From positions 1 through 64,000 of the IMG/VR virus record IMGVR_UViG_3300042339_001064: a stretch of 64,000 nt of DNA. One strand, given 5' to 3'. Of the stretch, positions 19,001-26,262 are shown piece after piece; within the stretch, counting starts at the first letter, position 1; each line of letters starts with the position of its first letter. The notes under the pieces were generated by a model. That model ran no database searches and had not been told where the DNA came from. It worked only from the letters and a program-made list of their open reading frames with translations. The stretch comes from a virus. Its lineage: Duplodnaviria; Caudoviricetes. A program made the translations under genes and the position numbers.

Positions 19001-21074
19001 TATGGTTTTTTCTGTAGTTAGTACCACTCAAATAAGATGGTTAGCACCTTTTGGAGGTTCTTTTTCAAATGGAACAGCATCTTCAACTGTTTCTTTTACA
19101 GCTACAAGTCCTTCAGGAAATAGTGAACAATATTTTTTTGAAAATTATTTAGATAATGCAACTTCTAATAATATATTAAATAGTTGTAATGAGGGTTATA
19201 TTTATTATGGTTCCTTAAAAAATAATCTTCCTAGACAATATGGAGCAATACAAGATATGTTTTTTATTGATACAGGATTAAAAGCTTGTGCTGGTCAAAC
19301 AAGTGTTACAGGTTTTTATGGAGATAGTTTTATTAACACTTTTTCTTTTATTAGAACAGGTGTTACAGGAATGTTAGAAGATTCTTATATTAATGATAGT
19401 ATAGGAGCTAAGTGGATGACAAAATTTGATCCAACTTTTAGAATTCAAAATATTATAGCTAACAATAAAGGTTATTTACTTTCATTATATTTAATACAAA
19501 AAGCTAATGTAACTCTTATTAATTCTGTAATGGAATCTGATTATAATTTAGATTTAAGATATGAAGGACCTACATTTAATGAAATTTATTACCCTAAATT
19601 AGCTAATGGAAAATATAAATTATTTTCTAGTAAAACAAGAGAATATGCAGAAGATTGTTTTTTAAATAGTTATTTTTATCAAATTATTTGTGCTCAAGAT
19701 GGAGATAATTGTGCTAATTATTCTATGTTTGTAGAGTATGATGATTCTTTTAGAAATTTTCATGATAATATTATTCTTATGAATAATGATTATAATGAAT
19801 TAAATGGATTAAGATTTAACATATTTAAACCTATAGATGAAACTTATAAAACTTGCGAATGTGATAATCAATATGATAATAGAATTATAGTTTCTACTGC
19901 AGATAATCCTGCTGTACCAGAAAGTGGATTCTCTAAATTTTTAGCTAACAATTTTATAACAGTACCTGCTGCATATGGAAATATTACAAATCTTTTACAA
20001 GAAAGTAATATTATATATGCTCACACTACAGATACTATGTGGAAAATACAAGTATTAGAATCTCAATTACAAGCTAATAATAATACTATATATGTTGGAA
20101 CAAGTGATATATTAAGTACTCAACCTTTAAACTTATTTATATCTAATGAAGGATATATGGGTTTACAAGATAAAAGATTTACTTTTCAAAATAATTATGG
20201 CTACTTTTTTGTTGATCTAAAAAATCAAAGTATAAACTTATTGTCAGGAGGAAAACTAGATGCTATTTCTACTTATGGTATGAATAGTTTCTTTAAAAAT
20301 AATTTTAATGCTTATTATAATTCTTATAGTCCATTATTACCTTTGGCTGATATAGATATTACTTTTGGTTTTGATTATAGACATAAAAGATTATTATTTA
20401 CAGATCGTAATAATGATTATACCATTTCTTATTATCCAGAAGATAAAGCATTTTATTCTTTTCATTCTTATAAGCCAATAGCTTACTTACAAAATAGAGA
20501 TACATTCTTTACTCAAGATGAAGATTATAAATTATATTTACATGAAGATAACTTTAATTCTTATAGAAAATTCTATGGAGTTAATTATCCTTCAATGGTA
20601 GATGCAGTATTTACATATCATCCTTTAATTTACACTACATTACAAAATGTAGGAATTAAAATGGATTGTTATAAAAATGTAAATAACCAACTTATCTTAG
20701 TAGATGAACCCCCTACAAGTATTTCAGTTTGGACTGATAGACAACATAGTGGAGAAGTAATGTTAAAGACTCCTATTAATGCTAATTACATGAAGAATGT
20801 TGTATTAAATAATCAACCACATAACATTATTAATGGTACTATATTTTGTAACAGTTTAATGAACTATGTAGTTGACAGTAATTTAAATTTCTTAGTAGGA
20901 GATATTTTTCCTTACCCTAACTCAAATGTTTCATTATCAAAGGATTGGACAAAAATTGATAGATTAGAAAATGGATATTTTAATTATAGAGTTAATGTAG
21001 ATAATAAAGAATTAGAAAACTTAAAATTTATACTTAAATTTACACTCCTCAATTACAATATATCCATGCGTTAA
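16065..21074 (+). CDS. crAss-like tail stabilization/muzzle protein
   Basis: FTKGINQD.....QPKDTYR.ALN start, RDENYMLGIV, GDSFIN, YGYFFVD, TISY......SFHSYKP. Confidence 0.75.
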   Translation: MAEQNNKTRTLQDIANYTFTKGINQDASPDAQPKDTYRAALNVLKESSEGDENYLTSEYSNLDLNIKLPGKILNSNLIKQLNKWVLFLSNNEIGVFDGNLNTYTTIYKSPCLDFNNYVESVTYAKTECEDIVIVFWDGKNRVRNINITEYLKDPNTDCCINNCDELDLFKVADTCIRLNNVNFIDNAAYAIEAGMYRPFIQYEDSNGNTTNYYVINENIPLVEDNLIFSYEYIDGNEPKLLNKSIVLNFENLDVLYPYINVGFIKTVGGVSTSFLFKKKQPVTSELTVVYEGDTIFTETVDIREILVKRAFYLSAKSGLIYNNRLLLAGVNGKRNVDYQQYANDITVKYVTGKITINKTKGYKNPEHVIHHKSWMRDENYMLGIVLEFEDMSESAVFPLINKKYTPFPNWNGENPQTNDTALCCTDNRVYWKEVNTAKRTAYNAFAKSLSTTDFCSGTIDNDNNTIRSEGYLGYFESEERYPIIPRCNVGPFNPTTYNENNYMYPTEVIGNKLYGKHITLFKMPDSTIEPFHNNIVDDFAIEENKNRYDSKYDSLEIYPLGLKLDNVKMPTLEETGGVRVTGYRLVYVRRDAYNKSIQAKGFFVETFTNDKYGTEYIFPKHNVNSGAKWDYFSNQYNPDLTTSNTVTDFVKQCGYGEHYDKALMFYGGNTMAVQGGINMNHVKIEQQYNTTGYYLDSIDGQNGYRSLANSGDKVLDTSTFLDKDGRLRGAAIQIYNMYNYGYVQSDNISIDRTNGYKNRSLFYNFKNICAENYSYVKDNVILNKILGAEYSLVNFYRESGVFVLLNKPTDLSFNHNGNFFNSDTSAKKCNCTTLTTNKIFFELDVPVVLTTATISSDYLTSPTTFPTALTGYPNNTEFTIINTGGVSPFDAGDKYKWNSVANRLEKTSNFYNPVPATPVPSTGFATLRFRTETWINQTFTVAETSGPPWGTLVNYSNPAFPVGSVLTITNNPGGAFTNGMVFSVVSTTQIRWLAPFGGSFSNGTASSTVSFTATSPSGNSEQYFFENYLDNATSNNILNSCNEGYIYYGSLKNNLPRQYGAIQDMFFIDTGLKACAGQTSVTGFYGDSFINTFSFIRTGVTGMLEDSYINDSIGAKWMTKFDPTFRIQNIIANNKGYLLSLYLIQKANVTLINSVMESDYNLDLRYEGPTFNEIYYPKLANGKYKLFSSKTREYAEDCFLNSYFYQIICAQDGDNCANYSMFVEYDDSFRNFHDNIILMNNDYNELNGLRFNIFKPIDETYKTCECDNQYDNRIIVSTADNPAVPESGFSKFLANNFITVPAAYGNITNLLQESNIIYAHTTDTMWKIQVLESQLQANNNTIYVGTSDILSTQPLNLFISNEGYMGLQDKRFTFQNNYGYFFVDLKNQSINLLSGGKLDAISTYGMNSFFKNNFNAYYNSYSPLLPLADIDITFGFDYRHKRLLFTDRNNDYTISYYPEDKAFYSFHSYKPIAYLQNRDTFFTQDEDYKLYLHEDNFNSYRKFYGVNYPSMVDAVFTYHPLIYTTLQNVGIKMDCYKNVNNQLILVDEPPTSISVWTDRQHSGEVMLKTPINANYMKNVVLNNQPHNIINGTIFCNSLMNYVVDSNLNFLVGDIFPYPNSNVSLSKDWTKIDRLENGYFNYRVNVDNKELENLKFILKFTLLNYNISMR

Positions 21075-24000
21075 TGGCTAAAGGTAAAAATAAACTTAAT
21101 AAAACTAATTCTTCAGGGTGGTTGGATAACTACTCTGAGGAATTTTCTATTAGTAAATATGCTGATGGAGATAGAGTTATTGACCCTTTACTTTCTCCTG
21201 GACAGCTAGCTCAACTAAATAAATTAAAAGAATTATCAAAAAAACTTCCAAAAGATGAAGAAATTCTTTTAAAACAAATGCAAAATAAAAGAGCTCAAGA
21301 TAAATTATCTGTTTCAAAAGAAAAAACTACTTCTGATAAATTAAAAAAGCTTGTTAGAGAGCCTGTTACTACATTAGCAGACCAAGCTGAATATAATAAT
21401 TTTGATTTATTATTTGGTATTCCAGGAAGAGTAGGTACAGGTATATATAGTACTGTTGGTAATTTATTAACTCCTTCTACTTATCCTATATTAGGAAAAG
21501 GTGCGGTTAATTTAGTTAGTAATGCTTTAACAGATGAAAATGTTTATGAGGGAGTTAATGAAGATGCTAGTAGAATATTAGGAGAAGGGTTAGATATTTT
21601 AGATATAATGGATATGGGAGTGGCTTTAAAGTCTTTGCCTTATTTAAATAAATATATACCTAACCCTAAACAACTATCTAGTTCTAGTATAATTTCTTCT
21701 GTAGCTGATGTAAGTGATAAACTTTTAAAAAAACAATCAGTACAAAAATTTTTAAAAACCCCTCGTTTTGATTTAGGTCGTAAAGAGTTTTTACCAGAAT
21801 CTTTATCTTTTGATTATCAAGATTTAGGTGATGAAAATTTTGCTGTTTTATTAAAAGACCCTAATAATAAAATCCAAGCAAATCTTTCTTTATTTAAAGA
21901 ATATGAAGAATGGTATAAGCCTAGAATGATTACAGTAAAAGAAAATCTTCAAGGACATAAAATACAAGATCTTTTATATCAAAAAGGTATTGAAGAAGTT
22001 AGAAAAAAAGGCTTAAAAGGTATTAGAAGTGGGGATTATTTAATGGAACCAGAAAAAACTATAAAAGCTCAAAATAGATTTATTAAAGAAAATTTACTGC
22101 CTGATGCTAGTACACAAAATAAAAATTTACCTATAGTAGGATTATTAAACCATAAAAATCCAAATTTATATGAAGATTTTTTTGCATATTATGCTACTAT
22201 ACCTAAAGAAATAAAATATAAACATTCTATAAAAGAATTGTATGATAGTTTTAAAAATATACTGCTAGGTAATAAATCTACAAAAGCTATAGAGTATTTA
22301 AATGGAGGAGAAATAAATCAATATGAAGATGGAGGCAAAGTTAAAGATAAAAAAAGCACATTATCTAAATTAAAAAAAGCCTTATCTTTAAAAGAAAACT
22401 TAGGTAACTTAGATACTAAAGAAGGATACTTTACTCCTTTAAACCAACTTTTAAAAACAGCAGTTGGTATAGAAGGAAAAGATTATAGTAATGAACCTAT
22501 GGAACCTCTTGCTAGAGAGCAAGATGCTCTTAGAATGTATTTAGGGTTGCCTTCTAAAACAGGAGCATTTGAGCAAACTGCTCCAAATAAATATAGAATA
22601 AGAGATTATAATAAACTTTATCCTGACACTCTTTTATCTGATGAAGCTGTAAGAAATTGGGGAGTACCTAATGAAGATGGAGTACCTGACCCTGTTAACC
22701 CAGCATTTGATTTATATCCTTATGATGATTTTGTTATGGGAAAACATTATGTAACTAAAGGTAAAGATGCTAAAGGAGAATATTTAAAATATTCAGATAG
22801 ATTTGATTTTGATCCTACAAGATATGCAAATCAGTTTATTGATAAAAATTTCAATCCAAGTGTAGGTAAATATTTAAAAAAAGCAACTCCCGTTTTAGAT
22901 AAATTAGAAAGTTTAATGTTTAACCCTTTTGAACTAGAAGATAAAATTTATTATGACCCTAAAACAAAATTAAGGTCTGATATTATTTTACAACAAAATG
23001 CACCAAAAGTATATCCTGGACAACCAATGGCTACTCCACCAGAGTTTGCTGATGGAGGAAAAGTAAATGCCCCTATTTATGTAGATAATCGTAATGATCC
23101 TAGATTAAAGAAGTATCAGGATAGCTTGGCTTTATTTAACGCATCCAATATGGGCAGAGTGAATAGTTTGTTAAAACAGGGGTATAAGTACGACACAAAG
23201 GGTTCTGTTAAAAATAATAGAGAACTTACTCCGTCTCAGAAAAAGCAATATCAAAAAGCAATGGGAGTTAATCCAAATAAGTTTTTACAGAATATAATTC
23301 AAGATGGAAACGATGGGATAAAGGATAATCGAGTAGGGGGTAAAAAAGATTTAAAAAAACAGGCTGAATTAATGCATGGGCAAATAGCTCCTATAGAAAT
23401 GGCTGATTTGTTCGATAGTTTATGGAGAAATTCAGAATATTTAAAAGGGGACTTAAAAAATCCAATGCCAGGATTTGATAAAACTGATAAAACTTACAGA
23501 AAAAACCCTAATTATGGGAAGCCTTTAGCAAAAGATAAGGAGGGAGAAGTTATTAGAAATTTCTTTTCTGTGCCTATTTACAAAAAGCCAGTTCAACCAG
23601 TTATTTTAAATGTAGGGGATAACTCTACAATAAACACAACTAAAGGAAAAGTAAATGGCAAAGTTGCTCCAAACGATGTAAAAGGCTCCAAATTAATACA
23701 AGTTAGAAAGGAAATAAAGCCAGAAAACACTAATTTCAACGTAAATGTAAACGGAGAATTTAGCACTCCAGAAGATTATGTGGAGTCAGTAGTTGAACAA
23801 ATGCCTATTCAGCAAACTCCAGATTTCAGAAAATACCTACAACCAAGAGGATTTTCAAGACAAGGACAAAGCGGAGAAAGACAAGGTGAAAGTTTTTATG
23901 ATGCTAATGGGAAAATGACAGGGCAAATAATTAATGGGCAATATGTCCCTACGGAATATGGAAAGTTTCTTGAAAGTGGAATGTCGGAAGATGAATATTT

Positions 24001-26251
24001 AAATCAAATACAAGCATTTGCAAAAGGAGGAAAAATAAATGACGATAAGGGTTATTTAATATCTAACCTAAATAATTTTACACCTAAAAAAATAATTAAT
24101 AGTAATTATATAACTACTAATAATATGGCTTTTCCAGTAGAAGCTAATGGAGTAGTTTTATACCCAAATACAGGAGACTATGTATTTTCTACAGATAAAG
24201 TAACAGAGATACCTATAATAAAAAATGGAGGAAAAATAAATAATGATATGAAGAAACCAACAAAAATGTTACCTAAAGGGGAAAACGCAAAAAATCCTAT
24301 AAAAACAGTACGAAAAGTTTTACCAGAAGTAATTATAACTCCTGAAAAAAATAACACAAACAATGAAGCTGACTGGATGGATTATTTGTCAGATGCAGGT
24401 CTAGTAGCTCAACTAGCAGGAATAGGGGCTTCTACTACAGGAGTAGGAATATTAGCTGGAGGCCCCTTAGCTTTAGCAGGATATGCAATGGGAATGCCTG
24501 ATGCAATAAGAGATACTTACAATGCATATAATGAAGGTAATTATGGAGATGCAGCTTTAAGTGCTACTGGTTTAATTCCAGGGATAAGGGTATTAAACAA
24601 ACTTACTAGATTGCAAAAAGCATCTGATTTAGTAAATAAAGCTAATAAATTTAATAAAGGTATGGCAGGTGTAAATGCAGTAGAAACTGCAGTGGATAGA
24701 TACCAAAACCCTTATTTTAAATATCAAGGAGGAGGATACCTTAACTATCAAGATAGTTATAAAGGTTTTGGAGTAGGTCCTCAATTATATCAAGATAATA
24801 GTTACTTTAGATCTGTTATGCCTACTAACATTGAAAATATGGAAGAGGAAATTAACAAGCCAAGTGTATTTTCAGGAATTAATGATGTTCTTGGTGCTGT
24901 TAATCAAGGAGTTAGTCAAGCAACAGGATTACTAAGTCAGTTTGGTAATATGTCTGGAAATATGCCTCAAATAATGCCTGATATAAGTAATTGGCAAGCA
25001 CCAGGTACTGCTCCAAAAACAAATGAGCAATTAAATTTTGAAAATAGTGATGCTTATTTAAATTGGCAAAATGACCAAAAATTAAAACAAGCAGGGTTAT
25101 TTGATTCTTTTTATTCAAATCAAAATACTCAAACAGGTACAGGATTTATGGGAAATACTCCTACTGTTAAAACTGTTCCTTCTCCTAATAATTTTAATTG
25201 GAATATTAATACTCCTTCATTTAATCTTCCTACAGGTAAAAATGGAGGGTATTTAAAAAAATATCAAAATGGAGGAATGATGGATATGCTACCTGTAGGG
25301 TTTCCTGAATATATACATAAAAGTAATGTATTTCATGAAAATTATAATCCTGTTCCTAGAGTACACTTTAGTGATGATACTACTCCTTATGATATGGGAG
25401 TTAATCTAAATGATTTAGTAAACATGAATGGGGGCAGAATAAATAAATATCAATATGGGGGAATGATGCCTTTTTATTCTAGACAAAGAAGCCCTAGGGT
25501 ATTTAATAGTAATGCTAATAGAGCTTCAGCAGCTGATTTAGAGTCAGCATATGCTAATGATTTTATGCATACAAAAGTAAGAAAAGATAGACAATCTTTT
25601 GAAGATGATAAAGTAGATTGGGGTTTTATGGATTGGGCTAAAGAACCTGTCGGTGCTTTAACAGGTGTATTAAGTACAGTACCTATTGTAGGAGATATTA
25701 CCCAAAGTGCATTAGGAGATTCATTCTTAACTAGAACAGGTGGTTATGCAGTAGGTAAAGGAGTTGGAAATGTAGGAATGGGTGCTGCAAAAGTTATTGG
25801 TGGTGCTGCTACAGGAAATGTAGGAATGATTGGTAGTGGTATTGGAGATGTAGGAGAAGGAGTAGGCAGCACTGTTGGAACTTTTCAAGCTAAAGATGCA
25901 TTATCTAATTATGATAAATCAGGATATGTTTCAGGTAATAGAATGGTTAATGCTTCGCAAGACTTTGGAAATATGATGGATACTGCTTCAGGTTTATTTG
26001 GAAATATTAAAGGGGGAGTAGGAATGGTTAAAAATATGGGCGGATTAAAAGGTATGCTGGGCAACATGAAAGGGGGCGCAACAGGTGCAAAAGGATTTGG
26101 AAACATTATGGGTAAAATAACAGGATTTGGGCAAGATGGTGGCTATATTGATTATGACTTTAATAATATAGAAGAGTATAAATATGGTGGCAAAGTTTTT
26201 CAAAAAATTAATAAAAAACAAAATAAAGCTGGTTGGTTAGACCAACTATAA
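21074..26251 (+). CDS. Large modular virion cargo/ejection protein with repeated GG motifs
   Basis: 1725 aa, no Cys seen, ~12 GG motifs, Gly-rich hydrophobic hairpins, GNAT-like segment. Confidence 0.65.
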   Translation: MAKGKNKLNKTNSSGWLDNYSEEFSISKYADGDRVIDPLLSPGQLAQLNKLKELSKKLPKDEEILLKQMQNKRAQDKLSVSKEKTTSDKLKKLVREPVTTLADQAEYNNFDLLFGIPGRVGTGIYSTVGNLLTPSTYPILGKGAVNLVSNALTDENVYEGVNEDASRILGEGLDILDIMDMGVALKSLPYLNKYIPNPKQLSSSSIISSVADVSDKLLKKQSVQKFLKTPRFDLGRKEFLPESLSFDYQDLGDENFAVLLKDPNNKIQANLSLFKEYEEWYKPRMITVKENLQGHKIQDLLYQKGIEEVRKKGLKGIRSGDYLMEPEKTIKAQNRFIKENLLPDASTQNKNLPIVGLLNHKNPNLYEDFFAYYATIPKEIKYKHSIKELYDSFKNILLGNKSTKAIEYLNGGEINQYEDGGKVKDKKSTLSKLKKALSLKENLGNLDTKEGYFTPLNQLLKTAVGIEGKDYSNEPMEPLAREQDALRMYLGLPSKTGAFEQTAPNKYRIRDYNKLYPDTLLSDEAVRNWGVPNEDGVPDPVNPAFDLYPYDDFVMGKHYVTKGKDAKGEYLKYSDRFDFDPTRYANQFIDKNFNPSVGKYLKKATPVLDKLESLMFNPFELEDKIYYDPKTKLRSDIILQQNAPKVYPGQPMATPPEFADGGKVNAPIYVDNRNDPRLKKYQDSLALFNASNMGRVNSLLKQGYKYDTKGSVKNNRELTPSQKKQYQKAMGVNPNKFLQNIIQDGNDGIKDNRVGGKKDLKKQAELMHGQIAPIEMADLFDSLWRNSEYLKGDLKNPMPGFDKTDKTYRKNPNYGKPLAKDKEGEVIRNFFSVPIYKKPVQPVILNVGDNSTINTTKGKVNGKVAPNDVKGSKLIQVRKEIKPENTNFNVNVNGEFSTPEDYVESVVEQMPIQQTPDFRKYLQPRGFSRQGQSGERQGESFYDANGKMTGQIINGQYVPTEYGKFLESGMSEDEYLNQIQAFAKGGKINDDKGYLISNLNNFTPKKIINSNYITTNNMAFPVEANGVVLYPNTGDYVFSTDKVTEIPIIKNGGKINNDMKKPTKMLPKGENAKNPIKTVRKVLPEVIITPEKNNTNNEADWMDYLSDAGLVAQLAGIGASTTGVGILAGGPLALAGYAMGMPDAIRDTYNAYNEGNYGDAALSATGLIPGIRVLNKLTRLQKASDLVNKANKFNKGMAGVNAVETAVDRYQNPYFKYQGGGYLNYQDSYKGFGVGPQLYQDNSYFRSVMPTNIENMEEEINKPSVFSGINDVLGAVNQGVSQATGLLSQFGNMSGNMPQIMPDISNWQAPGTAPKTNEQLNFENSDAYLNWQNDQKLKQAGLFDSFYSNQNTQTGTGFMGNTPTVKTVPSPNNFNWNINTPSFNLPTGKNGGYLKKYQNGGMMDMLPVGFPEYIHKSNVFHENYNPVPRVHFSDDTTPYDMGVNLNDLVNMNGGRINKYQYGGMMPFYSRQRSPRVFNSNANRASAADLESAYANDFMHTKVRKDRQSFEDDKVDWGFMDWAKEPVGALTGVLSTVPIVGDITQSALGDSFLTRTGGYAVGKGVGNVGMGAAKVIGGAATGNVGMIGSGIGDVGEGVGSTVGTFQAKDALSNYDKSGYVSGNRMVNASQDFGNMMDTASGLFGNIKGGVGMVKNMGGLKGMLGNMKGGATGAKGFGNIMGKITGFGQDGGYIDYDFNNIEEYKYGGKVFQKINKKQNKAGWLDQL

Positions 26252-26262
26252 ACATATAAATT

